Assembly (NCBI GenBank): GCA_002633005.1
Contig: NMRA01000532.1
Coordinates: 176,032-240,031, forward strand
Origin: Phoronis australis
Taxonomy: Eukaryota; Animalia; Phoronida
Length of the DNA stretch: 64,000 bases
Reading direction: 5' to 3'
Part shown: piece after piece, positions 47,821 to 61,030 of the stretch
How positions within the stretch are numbered: the first letter of the stretch is position 1
Layout: every line of letters starts with the position of its first letter
The notes under the pieces: generated by a model
Told to the model about the DNA's origin: nothing
The model's input: the letters and a program-made list of their open reading frames with translations, nothing else
The model's database searches: none
Position numbers and translations under genes: made by a program

Positions 47821-48098
47821 CCCGTAGGGCATTCCTATAGAAGAGGTATACGAAAAGTGCCGCCCAAAATGGTGTCTTTCTCACAAAAAATACTCTCCAA
47901 AATGATGCCATTTTAGACAAAATACTCTCCAAAATGGTGCCTTTTTCTGAATTCCTGGAGAACGATTGCAAAAATGTGAGTTTCTACACAAAATTAGTCT
48001 CTAAATGGGCCACTTTTCTGTCTGAGTCCACTTTCTAAACGGGTAGGTATCCAATTTTTTCGGACGGCACCCATTGTCCAAAAATACTCGAGTACCCC
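47821..48098. mobile_element. Probable non-autonomous DNA transposon with internal AAAATACTCTCCAAAATG repeats
   Basis: CCCG.AGGGCA.TC start, GAGTACCCC end next to N, subterminal direct repeats. Confidence 0.4.
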
Positions 48099-49144
48099 NT
48101 GCCTCAGTTATGGCAGGGTGGACTGTTCTGTGATGGGTTGTGTGTGTTAGTGTGTGTGCATGTTTGTGTGTGTTTGGGTGGCTGTCAAAGAGGTAAAAGT
48201 TTGCTCATTCTTGTCTATTTAAAGCTATATTTCGTTCTGTTTAGTTGGCTAAAACAGATATCTAATTATGCCATTTACTTATGAAATCAGTCTCACAATA
48301 TTCCTTACTGGGACAGGGTTCTTTTTCCAATACCAGCAAGAACATCAAAACCATCAACGCCTCAAGAAATTCCTCTTCATTGCAACAGACAGAGTGAGTG
48401 GGGGAGGGCTTTGGACCCGTTGGATGGATACGCATCTCAAAAGTGGCTGTTGTGGGGGAACCTATTTTTAGTCATTCCTAAACACATTTACCATTAAGTA
48501 TGGATTGTTTGCCAGGTTTGACAAAACTCATGATAATATCCAGGTGATGAGTTTAATTAGCATCTATGAATGGTTACAGTCGTTGAATTGACATGCCAAA
48601 AACGGAATAGCATCAAGACAACTGGAAGCTCTTTGTTGTTTCTGAATGTACTTTTTGTAACATTCTTAATGAAAATGTAAGTACTTGGTATCTTTTCATT
48701 TTGTTGCCATGGCCATTTTACGAAGAGTCTGGTATCAACATGCCAGCTAACCAACTGGAGCTTCACTGTTTCTACCTCTCTGTAAATTTTGTCCAAAGAT
48801 GAATTTGTTATGCGGAATGTTGCATTTTGACTTCATGCCTGCTTGGTTCAACTTCAAGAAGTTTGAATTTTGTTCTTCCCCAAGACCTGTGGATTTTAAT
48901 TGGTGCTATGCCCTTGAGTTACAAAGTGTAGGTGAACCCTAATTAGGTCAAGCCAAAATCCCATACTCAAAAAATTAACCTTTCCTTTGAAGCCATTCTA
49001 TGGTTTTATCATTTTATCATTGGTAACTGGCACCTAACTTGCCATATTTAAAATAGCAAAAAGACGAACCCAAAACCTGAATCAAGACAATGCCTTCAAA
49101 AGTGGCACTGCGTGAGGCTTTAAGATGCGCTTTCTTCTTTCTAG

Positions 49145-49478
49145 GCCAGTAAAACTTAAAGTGAAAATGTCTCAGTCGCCGCGGCGCACACTGCCCGAGA
49201 TGCAGTCGACGTATGCACAGTCATTTCGCGTGATGAATCGCGATCAGCAACAGACACGGCCGGTGTCGAGAATTGATTACATTGAAGATAGGTTGGATAA
49301 AACTGAAAAGACTACGCAGTCGCTGCTGGACAGGGCTTACAAAGTGAAGGAGGACATTATAGATAACTTGAATTTGACACGGGGAACATGGCAGGAGGAG
49401 AAGCGTGCCAGGGAACTGTTACAAGAACATGTAAGGACAATTACTGAGGTGGTACGCAAACTGGACTTTGATATCAAG
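49145..49478 (+). CDS. FAM81: FAM81 coding exon (PVKLKVKMSQSPRRTLPE…DFDIK)
   Basis: ttctttctag acceptor, GTATGT donor; in-frame ATG at 49167. Confidence 0.88.
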
Positions 49479-52400
49479 GTATGTGAAATAAAATGCGTGT
49501 GTTTATAGGACTTAAATATCTGTAAGCCTACCTTCTGCCCAAGAAGTGAAATTTTTATGACTTTTTGCTAATATCTGTCTGAACTTGTTTAATACTCATA
49601 TGATAAATGATTTATTGGTTTACAAAGAATTGACACTTGCTAATTTTGCTTATTGTTTGAGGCCAAACTTGGCCCATAAAATGACTCTCTGACAACTCAA
49701 CCTGTAGAGCCTAGCTGCTTTTACTGTCACAAACAATAACAAATGGACAGGCAGTCACAAACAATAACGAATGGACAGGCAGTCACAAACAATAACGAAT
49801 GGACTGGGAGTCGCAAACAATAACGAACAGAGGGGCAGTCACAAGGAATAACAAACGGATGATTCTCTTGAAGCCCTGAATTACCTCCAGTTTGACTATG
49901 GAACAGTTTGAGAAGAACCTCATAAAAGAAGTCTAAATTGAAAGCGTATTTTTGCAATGGAATGATGGTTTATTGCCACTTTAAATTTTAATTTCACAAG
50001 CATTCTTCCAACTTTTGAAACTTTCGCCAAACTGAAGATTTTAAAATAGTATGATTCCTTGCTTCTTGTTTCAAAGTCAGTATTAGCATAGAAAGTTGAA
50101 AAAACCAGGCATGTTTTGACCTTAAGCTTTTGTTTAAATGTGAGTGCTAGCTGTATAGTATTAAAAGCACCAGCAACGTAAAAACAAAAATGACAGCTGA
50201 CCTTTGACCTTTGATGTAAAAAACTATGGCGACTTAAGCAGCAACCTGTCCAATTAAGAGGCAGTTGATGTAAGCCCTAACTGTTTGAAATTACCCGTAG
50301 TTATGAAGGTATCGTAGTATTCAAATATTCTGAAACACACTTGGAATTAATTTTTGGAAAATTGCTTCCTTCACTGGTTTGCTTCATGCTGTGCTGTTGA
50401 ATCCAGATTAGGAGAGTGATTATGGTATACAGGACACATGATACCTGCCATTAATATCCGTCTTGTCAGTCAGCTGTTTGTCGAATGACTCTGAGCGATG
50501 CATGCATTCATCTAAGTGACAGAGAGATTAGGAAACCTGTGGTGACCGCATAGTTTTTCCTTCGTGTGTATTTGACGATCTTTTGAATCCATGCGTCTTT
50601 AAAGCAAAAAATGAAAAACGTGTGACCAGTATAGCATACAGTCAAAAACAACTTGTGCAACTGCTGCAGGGTTTTAAGTACCTATAATGTTCCATACCCA
50701 ACAGAATCACAGTAATCATTTTGGGTCAAATAATTTTGAGTTCTCTTTTAACTAAGAATAATCGCGTGGTAAGTAAAATCATGTGTTTAGTAGCTGGCAT
50801 ATTCCACAACTCAAACTGGTACATAATCACCTTGATGTTGCAGAGTATCGATGACCAGATAAGGAACAAAGAGAATGTGGTATCTGGAACATCAAATGCG
50901 GTAAAGAACCTGGAAGTTCATCATATCACAGGCTTGACTGACCTGCGTGGAAGAGTGGCTCGATGTGACGCAGCAATTGCTAGGTTGGCTACAGATATCA
51001 AGGGTTTCCATGACAACCTTAAAGTGTTACAACAGTCGCAGTCCGACAATCAGAGCAAAGTTGTTGACCGATTACAACTGTTAGACAGCAAGGTACTGTG
51101 ATTTCTTATGTCTGGGTATTTTAGTTCTGTGTTTATGCAATTACGAAGTTTAATGAACATTAGAGAAATTCTGTTGTGTGTAAATCATGTACCCAGCACA
51201 TAGCTTGAAATGCATCTTGGAGTATTTGGATGCTTATTACTCTGCTTAAACACAGCATGCCCTGAATAACTTCAATGTCCCTATCAGTCTGCGTATGTAG
51301 GAAAATGAACTCTGCGAAACTGTTTTCTCACATTGCTCAAAGTAATTCCTTTGTTCTCAGTAAACTAAAGAAAAACACTGAGACTTGACCCTCAGACGGT
51401 GCCGTGTTGAAATGTGTTGGGTCACTAGAAGGCGATGGAGTATTCTGTGTGCAAACATGCATTGCCACCTACAGTTTACGTGCAACTTGAATGGAGATTT
51501 TAAAGCAGTGAAATTTCATTGTGTTCTTTGAAATTCTTTGCTATGTCTGTGAAGTCAAATCACTACAGCACAAAATTACTAACATTGCTAAAGGTCCATG
51601 AAAAAATTGCATTTCATTATCATTTACTCAGAGTACAACACAATGCTTTCTGGCTGCATCACAGGATCTGTCAATCAAGAACTATCTACCACAACTCACG
51701 CTTCTAATTTGGCCAAAAACTAATATTATTTATATCAAGCACTGTTTTGTTGTTTCAGTAGTTTTGATTTTGGAATTCTAGTTTGTCTGTTTGGTTTAGC
51801 CTTAATCAAAGTGTGGGCACTCTAGTTCTATTATGAGTAGTTTGTTGTTCAAATTTTAGATATCTGACTTGGCCTTGAAACTGGATAAGGCAAACACTGA
51901 AAACACGGTGAAGTTAAAGAACATTGAGGGAGACTCAACTCAGCAGGTCATGCTGTTGGATTCCAAGACACGTGCGTTACTCGATGAGGTCAAGTCGCAG
52001 CAAAACTCCGTCCAGTTGTCAGAGCATGCTGAACGAGAAAAGTTGGAGAACCGCTTGTTGGTACATCTTGACAGGGCAACCGTGCAGAGAGACGCAAAAA
52101 CTGTGAGTAAGCTGATGTCATCTATAGTGTAACATAGCCTGCTGCATATAAACCATGCACTTAAATGTGAAATGATGCATTTTGTGGGAAAATTTTGAAA
52201 TGTCATGTCCCTGATTGCAAGTCCAAAGGCTTTCATTCAAGTAGTTTTTAGACTTTTAGACGCACGACCAGTTGTTATTTTTGTTGTGGTTTCTGAAATT
52301 CATTGATGATGACAGTGTCAAGTTATGCCACAGTTAATAAGTATTAGTCAATCAAAACCATTTCATGCAAATAATAATCGGTAAAGATGAATTATACATT

Positions 52401-54921
52401 TCCTGTTGATAAACTGACAATAAAAAATTTGGACATCAGCTGGGTGAAATAAAAATGCATTTCCTGGGAGACATTCTTTATTCGAAGGAAAAGATTAATG
52501 TTAATGTTAGCATGCGTAATTTCAGGTGGATCTAGGGCACTAGGATATTCTAACGCCTCCTTGTGCCCAAACACCTGTTCAGTACTTGAGGTGTCTGCCT
52601 TTCTCCACTGTGATCGATGATCAATCGTCAGTTTGGATGCTTACAGTCTCTAACTTATCTTTTCTGACGAACTCCTTGTCAAATAGCAATTCATTTGTGA
52701 TGAAAATCTTTTATGAATGGAAAGAGGAATTTTGATCCCAAAATTTATGATTTCAATCTCACAATTCCAATTTCACGGAATAATGACTTCAGTGGCTGCC
52801 GTTTTGACAGGATAGTTGAAAAAGCTTACGAGCATACCGTTTTGCAAAACGCTCACGTTTTATTCCCCCGATTTTGGGAGGTCTTGCGAGATCATGCTTT
52901 TCTCGCAAGAACCTTAATCTTCAGAATACTACCCAGTCTAATGTATAAATCAATCTAGATAGCTAGTGGGAATACTTAAGGAGTGTAGAGCACCTTGGCC
53001 TGCTAATAAGGGCTACTTTCCCACCTTTTAGGAGAAGCTTGAGCATAAAATTGAAGATGCTCTTCTTGGCACACAGAAGCGCATAGCTAAACTCGAAGAA
53101 GACCTTCTTAAGGAAAAGTCAAAGAGCCAGACTCAGAGTCAGGTAAGCAGTAAGCAGTCAAGCACATAAGGATTTGGTAGTTCTGTTCCTATGTAGAAAT
53201 TGGTAGAAATAATGCTGTGTACTTTTCAAGCAAATTTATTTATTTATAATTATAATGTATACTACGAGCGGTAACCCCATCAGCTTGCTAAGGGAACTTT
53301 TTGCAATGGAATGCAAAGCTGCCCGGATTCTGAGTTCCTCCATATTTAGCTGGTAAAAACTGGGAAAAATTCATGACCTAGGTGTGTTTTTTATTCATTT
53401 AAAGTTCTCAATGTTATCTCTGTCATAAAACTGTTGTTGCTGGTGAATTTGTTGTACTACACTTACTGTCTGATATCACTGTCTGATATCACTGTCTGAT
53501 ATCACTGCCTGATATCACTGTCAGATATCACTGTCTGATATCACTGTCTGATATCACTGTCTGATATCACTGTCTGATATCACTGTCTGATATCACTGTC
53601 TGATATCACTGTCTGATATCACTGTCTGATTTCATTGTCTGATATCACTGTCTGCCAATTGAGGCAACATATCGTCTGATATCTATGAAGCTTTTGGGGA
53701 CAGAACGGTTTGTGAAAGTAATCTTGTGTATTTCTTTAAATACTTCTGGGATTTGAAATTACCTAGGAATGGTACTAAAAAGGCAAAAGTAATTGGACAA
53801 AATACTATTTTCCTGTAGTGGTGGCTAAAATGACTGGTTATAACTACGTTAGGGTGGGTAAATTCTAATTACAGAATGGCGCCACTTTACCAACTTTTCC
53901 GATACTTCAGCTTCATTTCCAGCCATTATGATGGGGAATTCTGGGTAATTTTGTCTGAATACTTTTGGTTTGTGCTATAGTTAGGAATGCCAAATCACCG
54001 TATTAAAAAACGATAGTTTGGGTTCCTCATCTAAAGGAAACAGTCACTTAAAGATGGAGTTACATGGAACTTAAATTCTTTGACTTGTTTGTGAGGTTGA
54101 TAAATTGGCATAGCCAAGGAACTCATTTCGATGTTTCTCAGTATTTATTAAAGTTGAAGTTTTTCTTGCGGTATTTAAAAACAAGTCTGCGGAAAATGTG
54201 TTTGTCTTACACCTTACCAAATCTACATGTTGAGAAAACCTGCATCCATCAATCTGAATACAGGTTATATTTGATATGGAAGATTAAGTTTACTTCTGAT
54301 TCCATAACTTCACCTGCTCTTTAATAAGAACACTTTACCAGGTCTTAAATTTTTGGCAGTTTATGTCTTGTTGGCTTGAGGTATTTTCTGCAAATTGAAC
54401 TTGCATAAAAACACGTCTTAATTCCCAACTGTGTTGTATCTACACTCTTTAGCACAAAGTAGGTTTTAATAACTGTTTCACTTGTGAACTTGCAACCTTT
54501 TTTGATCACTACTTTTTTCTGAGATTTTAAGGAAAATTAAATGAGACGGAGTTCAGAAAAAAACAGCCAACTTATGTTTTAAGAAAAATATGGAGGCACA
54601 CGTTAAATAGTCGCAAAACACAATTTGGTGAAACATACCCCCTATTGTTGCCCATAGGCGGATTTGCTTTTCGTTGTGTGTGAGTGAAAGAGTTTTATAT
54701 TCTAGGTCATGGAGTCTAAACTTCAACAGATGCTTGAAGTAATGATGAGACAAAAAGATGACCATGTTGAACAGTTGAAGCGAGAGTGTCGCGAGGGATT
54801 CCTCACTGTCCACGAGAGTATCGGTAACATGAAGACCGTCCTGGACGGAAAACGCAAACTGCTGGAGGATCAACTTAGGAAGGAAATTGGGACAATCAGG
54901 AAGATGGTGGTACTGGTTTAG
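49145..54921 (+). CDS. FAM81: FAM81-family coiled-coil protein, ~376-385 aa; exons 49145-49478, 50844-51092, 51860-52102, 53032-53142, 54706-54921
   Basis: Junctions among these five exons are all phase 0 with AG/GT sites; motifs ARELLQEHVRTITEVVRKL, LTDLRGRVARCDAAIARL and the C-terminal LRKEIGTIRKMVVLV, recognised from memory as FAM81A/B-like. Confidence 0.88.
49726..49865 (+). repeat. 28-bp minisatellite x~5 (GTCACAAACAATAACGAATGGACAGGCA)
   Basis: Direct reading. Confidence 0.9.
50844..51092 (+). CDS. FAM81: FAM81 coding exon (SIDDQIRNKE…DLRGRVARCD…LLDSK)
   Basis: ttgcag acceptor, GTACTG donor. Confidence 0.9.
51860..52102 (+). CDS. FAM81: FAM81 coding exon (ISDLALKLDKAN…QRDAKT)
   Basis: ttttag acceptor, GTGAGT donor. 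Confidence 0.88.
53032..53142 (+). CDS. FAM81: FAM81 coding exon (EKLEHKIEDALLGTQKRIAKLEEDLLKEKSKSQTQSQ)
   Basis: Not in ORF track; ccttttag acceptor, GTAAGC donor, phase 0-0, coiled-coil heptads. Confidence 0.82.
53465..53654 (+). repeat. 13-bp minisatellite x~14 (ACTGTCTGATATC)
   Basis: Direct reading; homogeneous with few variants. Confidence 0.95.
54706..54921 (+). CDS. FAM81: FAM81 terminal coding exon (VMESKLQQ…IRKMVVLV*)
   Basis: ttctag acceptor, stop TAG followed by a second TAG. Confidence 0.9.
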   Translation, partial: VMESKLQQMLEVMMRQKDDHVEQLKRECREGFLTVHESIGNMKTVLDGKRKLLEDQLRKEIGTIRKMVVLV

Positions 54922-55300
54922 TAGTATTTGGGTCGGCTGATAGAGGGCGGGTCTGTGTGCTCCTCTATGGGACAATCGGGAAGTTAATAGTACTGGTTTA
55001 GTAGTGTTTGGGTCAGCTGGTAGAGGGCGGGTCTGTGTGCTCCTCTGTGTAGACTTATGGAGGGCAAGTCTGTGTGCCCCTCTATGGGACAATTGGGAAT
55101 ATGATGATATCGATTTATTAGTGTTGATGTGGGCTGATAGAGGGTCTTCGGTCTGCTCTTTGGGACTCTTTGGGATGGTTCTCATTCAGTTGTGTTGGGG
55201 GTTAATCGATAGAGGGTGGGCCTGTCTGCTTCTCTTTGGGTCAATCAGGAACATATCAGTATTGTTTCTACTGATGGGGGCATGTCTTTCTATTCCTTTG
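54889..55300 (+). repeat. ~80-bp tandem repeat spanning the FAM81 stop codon into the 3' UTR
   Basis: GGGACAATC.GGAAG…GTACTGGTTTAGTAGT.TTTGGGTC.GCTG.TAGAGGGCGGGTCTGTGTGCTCCTCT at 54889 and 54969, more degenerate copies at 55086, ~55162, ~55238. Confidence 0.85.
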
Positions 55301-58300
55301 GGCTGGTGGCATTGGTGGGCTTGGGGATGGGTGACAGAAGATGGCCGTGTATGATAATCTGTGGGGGTTAATGAATGAAATCGGGTCAGTTAGGTACCTG
55401 TAGATAATGGCACGTGTCTATTGGTGTTGTTGGCTGGCAGAGGGCGTGTCTGTCTGCTCTTTTGAATGAATTATGAAGAAGAATCACTAAACTTTCATAA
55501 ACAGAGCATAGTGTGAAATTTTGTTTCATACTGGCACCAGCGATGTCTGCAGCATACGGGCAAGCTGTTGTTAACTAAGGACATCAATGAATGTTACTAG
55601 GTAACCGTAAGCTACATGGATATTGATGCATTTGTACAGAATTTAAGTTCATGGTAATAATCTTAAGGTAAATTTACAATGGAAAAGCTCTGTTTATGAT
55701 GCCAAACTATTCTGTACCATGTAAACCTGAGTAGAGACATGTTGAAACTCATGTCAGACTAGGTATTAAATGTGTGACGAAGTTGTCGTCTTTTCAAAAA
55801 AGTTAGGCTGTCGAAATACATTGCCAAGATTTGTCCAGGGATGAATGGATGAATGGCCAACTATCAGCTGAACTAAGGTTCAGAGTGGAAACAGATTGCC
55901 CAGTCCCTATTGTGTCCATTCAACAGGAAACTGGTCAGACAAAAGGATATGTGGTCACTGAGAGTCATATATGAACAAGAGTATCTAACTGGCCACTACT
56001 GTATTGGTCTGACAACATGAGTTTGCTTGGAGTTTATCAACTGTAAAACTTGAAGGGTTCTTTGTTAAGTTGTTAATTGCTGGCAAATAGCTCTCAATGA
56101 CAGATCTTGGCTGTGTGGGAGACACTAGCCGTTCACAGAGGACTTGGATGTCCTGTTGTTGATAGACTAGCAACCACTTTAAATTTGTCTTTCCACGCTT
56201 GTTTCTGCACTACACAGCTCTCTGTCCACGTGAATACTCAGCTTGTATTGGTGTCTATTCACACTTCCAACTCCTGCATTTCTCACATCTTACTCACAGA
56301 ATGCCAAGCACCATTTTGGTGACTTCATTCAAACTTTTTTTCACGGTGTTACTAACTGCACTATTGGAAGCTGCTCTGAGAGATAAAACAATTCTCAGCT
56401 GATGTCCAGAAACCCAGATTAACTTCCTAGGTTGTTATTAATAAACCTGGCTGATTTTACAAATTTGTAACAAATTTTCATGGACACTCTCAACGTTTGA
56501 GGATTGGCGAGGGTTTCAAAGGACTGATTGCGTTCAAAGATTTATGTGACCCAGTCATGTTCAATATGTTGTTGACAGGCTTACATGGTGTTTAGTGTCC
56601 TCTATTTTTGTTCACTTGCAATCTAAATTTGCACATCACTTCAATAGTCTGAAGCCATTCTGATTGGCTGCAAACCTATGTATATTCGAATAAAATCTCT
56701 TTCACCAAAAATTCCTTTGACCCGAAGGTCTTTTGTCAAGTGGAATGACCAGTCTGTGCACTACTGACTTGAACCCATAGTTGGCTCCCCTACTCTCACT
56801 CTGCCCAGTCTTTGCTTTTTCAGCTGACCTATTATGCCAGCCCTGAGTGATGCCTTGTCCCATTTCTTTCGCAGAAATCTGGCTTCTGTACTTTCGCACC
56901 AGTCTTCAGGAAGCCTCAACCCAGGAGGTTTAGACTAGCAGATAAAGCCATTTCACAAGTATAACTTGGTTATCTCAGGAAATAACAATAAAATTCAACA
57001 TACCCTAGTTTGTCTTCTTCGTTCTTCTACATTAACCATTTCTGGTTGTCTTCTTCTGGTGTCAGCCTGCCTCCATTGCCGAGATTTGTCCTGAGATGAG
57101 TTGCCACAGATGGTCAGTGTCTAATTGGTAATATGGGTAACTGATATACTATAGTGAAGACAGACTGCCAAGTCTACAATGTTCTCATTCAACTGGCAAT
57201 TTTTGAACTTAGACAATAAACTCTAACTGGAACTCGACTTGCCTGATGGGTGGTTAGAGTAGCCATTTTGTATATTATGTTCAACCAGCTGTTGATCCAT
57301 TAAGTTCTAAGTGAACAGTTATTGGCAAATATCTTTTGGTCAAACCTTGGCTATGACACCATGTACTGCTTCCTTTCCCAGCTTCCCTCCTCGTTAAGTT
57401 TTTACATTTTATTCTAAGTGGTGTGTCTGAATAGTCTCGTTTTTTAATTATAGAATTGCTATTTATGTTCAACTATGTCAGGGTATCGTTACAATTATGC
57501 TATAGTAAAATAACACTGTGACATCAGGGACTTTTGTCCTGCGGGTATTGTCATTTTTATAGTCATAGCAAGGTGTCGTCATGTTTCATTCCATGAGTAC
57601 TTTTTGTGTGAAGTACAGTACATGTAGTTGAGTACTGGTGCTATGTGCTTGTTTGTTTTTGGTAATTAGGAATATTGGGCCAAATTTCGAACATATACAT
57701 TCTAAAATTATTTTGTAAAGTTTCTACGTCTTTTGGAAAAATGTAAACTAGATTTCCAAAGTAAGTTTGTGATAAGTTATTCATAGGAATTGGTAGATGG
57801 TTGCGATGGTTGCATGCCGAAATGTTTGCAAATTGAAAAAAATCACCGATAAAGGTATATTGGAGGCTTCACTTTAAATTAAAAGTTTACTACCATGTGA
57901 ACACCAGTGTCCATGTATTTGCAATGTGTTACAGACAGATTTAACAAGAATTGATATTTTGACTTACCTTAGTGCTAACCAAAACCACTTCACTAACGTG
58001 CAAACTAAACATATAAAATATCAAGTGAGTGTAACTAATATTAATTCATACCAGGAGTTACAACCTGGTCTTAAGATAAGATAGTTATAGTCGCATTTTT
58101 ATTTTTATAATTAGCGTAATACACTTTTGCACAACGTTCATCTCATTTTACTTCGCAGTGCAAAATGTATCCCGGCACACGGGTATGACACATATAGTCC
58201 TTTTACTTTACACTGAAATTGGGTCTAAGACGCTATTGCACCAGGTGCAAGTAGCCGTGAAAACGCAGCGGTAACAAATCGAACATTCCGAAGCAATTTG

Positions 58301-58864
58301 AACCCAATTTCATTATGAGTTAACCGTGGTTAGCTGTGAATCTTGAGGATGTCGCGACTCATGCCATACATTTATGACCAGTACACATTGTACGTCTTCC
58401 ATGAGATAAAATGGATTGCTTCTGTTCGTCCATGTATTCTACATCATGACATGTTTGTAAGTGTCTGTTCAAGCTTACATACTCGATTATTATTAGCCTG
58501 TGTTCAAGGCGAGTCAGTTTACGCCACTTCGTTGCTGTGATCGCTGTTTGTAATAAACTTTAAATCATTTCTCTTTTTTTGCTTTTGCACATGCAATTTA
58601 GGAGTTCCAGTTAAAGTTGGTGGACCCGAGTTCGACGAAAAAGTCTGTGAAAATTCAAGTTAAACCGAAAACAAATCATGATCTTTGAACTATTCTTGCA
58701 TTCCTTTACAATTAGTACCGAACGCTTGTCTCCGAAAAAATGCGAAACAACTGTCAATCAAAAGCCAGTGACCTCCTCTTGTAACTTCACTGACCGCGTG
58801 CATTCATTCTTTTCGACAACCGCTAACATAGCCCCGCTTATGATCTAGAGAGCGGTGTTGGATG

Positions 58865-61030
58865 CATCTGTGTCGTCACGAAAAAGAGGGGTGCGTCTAT
58901 TGGGACCGAGTCAAGTAGGAGAATTGATTCAAACAAAGGGAGCGTTTTGCAGGAAAAAGGCAGACCAAGGGTATGATAAGATGCTGCGTCTGCAGTCAAT
59001 GCCGTCAACGGGTTCAAACGAACAGACGACTTGCCAAGTTCTTTATTGAATCGACAAGTTCACCAGTTTAAAACAATGCTCACGTTGCCAGTCGGTCGTA
59101 GATATCGAAAACGCATCATTTTCCGCCTCCTTTAGCTTGGCCTTAGTCTGTCATTTCCTGGGGCGCTTAAGTTGTTCGTGTTCCCAATATCGGTGCCTAA
59201 GGTGCTCGACCTTGTCTGCTACAGCATGAGTGATGGCTATGTGCATGCGTACTGTACGATCATCAGGGGAGAGCAGAAATGTGGGTTCTTAAGGAAGTTG
59301 GATATTTAGCTTAGTTCAAGCGTTAGAACTCAACATGCAATACTGCATTTATTAATGTTCGGCGCATTCCGGGAAATACAGGTCATGTGGAACTCTTCAT
59401 AACGACTGTTCTTTGGATATCAGACCGCCTACTTCTGCGAAAGTTAAGTCTGTGTAATAAAAATAGACGTCGTGTTGATTGAACACTTCCAAAAGTTTAT
59501 GAAGAATCGTAACGTTGGTCTAATAATATTCCTTACAGTGATAGGGTTTCTACGTACTTTAACGGTTACCAACCAGAGCATCGAAACCATGAGTGACTCA
59601 AGAAAACGCCTGCTTCAGGGTTTATTGGGCTAGGCCAACCTTGATTGAATTCGAAATAAAAATGGCGCACTCAAGTGATGAATTTGACTTGAGTTGCCGG
59701 CTCAAACGGTGCAATTCAAAATCGAATGATCGAGTGGTACGTAATTCGTTCAAACCACAATGCCCTTTGTTAAGATTTGAACATCTCTCATGAGCTGCAG
59801 TGTGTTACGACACGACTGGTAAATAACACCGAGTACGTAATTTTTTGATATTACATGGACAAGCCTCGGGATTTTGACGAAATTTCCAATAGGTTTTGCC
59901 AATGTCATAAACCTGAGACTCGTGTAGGATTCTCTATTGACAGCTTAAAGCAGCGAAGTGTAGGTTTAACTCGTTAAGTAACAGGTCGTGATTTCAGCAA
60001 ATGACTGGCAGACAACTGCGAACATGGGCAATTTGTAATAAAATGATAACAAAAATACCAATGGATTTCGTTGTTTAGCTCAGTCAAACATCAACTCTGA
60101 TAACTTCATGAAGCCTATCCCATGCAACAATAATTCCAAAATGCGTTTCTCTTCCGTGACCCCGGCGATAAATATCTTTTGACTAAACAATCCTACTTTC
60201 TCAGCTTGAGGGCATTTATGATTTGTTAACTTAGATGACACACATGTACTTAAAAATGTAACCTTCAAAAACAGAAATTGGCAATTTAATTACCTGCGTA
60301 ACCATGTTTCGTCCCCCTCTTCCGGTACTCCTCACACATGTCGCCGATTTTGTTCTATAACTACTTTTGTATATTTGCTGTACGCACGCGCCTATAATAT
60401 ACAGGGAAGAAGATGTGACAGTGAAGCGTTTTCGATGGTACAGTGCGTCAATAGTGGAACACCATTCACCATTGGGCAGAGTCTAACCCATAGAAATTTT
60501 GGCGCGAACAACACGGTCCGTCAACAGCAGGAGGACCATTCACGATAGAAATGGGCTAAATTAAAATTAACAGTTAGTCGATTTACCATCGATATTAATT
60601 CGCAATTGGAAAAAAATGTTTGTTCTTTGTAAATAGACGAAATGAACCCGGCCCGACAACGAACAGTGGGGAAACTAGATCACTTCACCTGCCGACCTAC
60701 ATACATGTAGGCCTACATAAAAGAGGACTCAGAAGGTAGGGCTAGGGTCAAATATTTCAACTTTATTTGTCATAACGACAGTTACAAAACGTACGATACA
60801 TCTGTGTGGTCTCGACAAAGAGGAGACCCTCTACTGAGACCGAGTCGAGAAGGGTTGATTTAAACTAAGGCAGACCAAGGATATGATTAGATGCTGCGTT
60901 TGCAGTCATTGCGGGATAACTAAACTGAACGGGTTCAAATGAACAGAGGACTTGCCGTTTTTTATTGAATCGATAAGTTTCCCAGTAAAACAATGGTCAC
61001 GTTACCAAACGATCGTAGATGTCGACAACT
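58865..61030 (+). repeat. Pair of diverged ~240-bp direct repeats (58865-59112 and 60799-61030)
   Basis: Shared AAGGCAGACCAAGG.TATGAT.AGATGCTGCGT.TGCAGTCA, AACGGGTTCAAA.GAACAGA.GACTTGCC and TTTATTGAATCGA.AAGTT. Confidence 0.75.

Noticed and set aside
47568-47832. Tyr-rich and Leu-rich ORFs
   Set aside because: Translations of the TAA/TAG microsatellite
53465-53654. CRISPR-like array (also considered for 49726-49865 and 54889-55300)
   Set aside because: Units are contiguous tandem repeats without unique spacers; no cas genes; eukaryotic intron/UTR context
54553-55354. 210-aa minus ORF and 116-aa plus ORF
   Set aside because: By-products of the FAM81 last exon antisense and the 80-bp repeat; no independent gene signals
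55850-56900. Possible decayed DNA transposase (VRCEKC-like fragment on the minus strand)
   Set aside because: Too many stops and only vague motif resemblance; cannot be supported without a profile search
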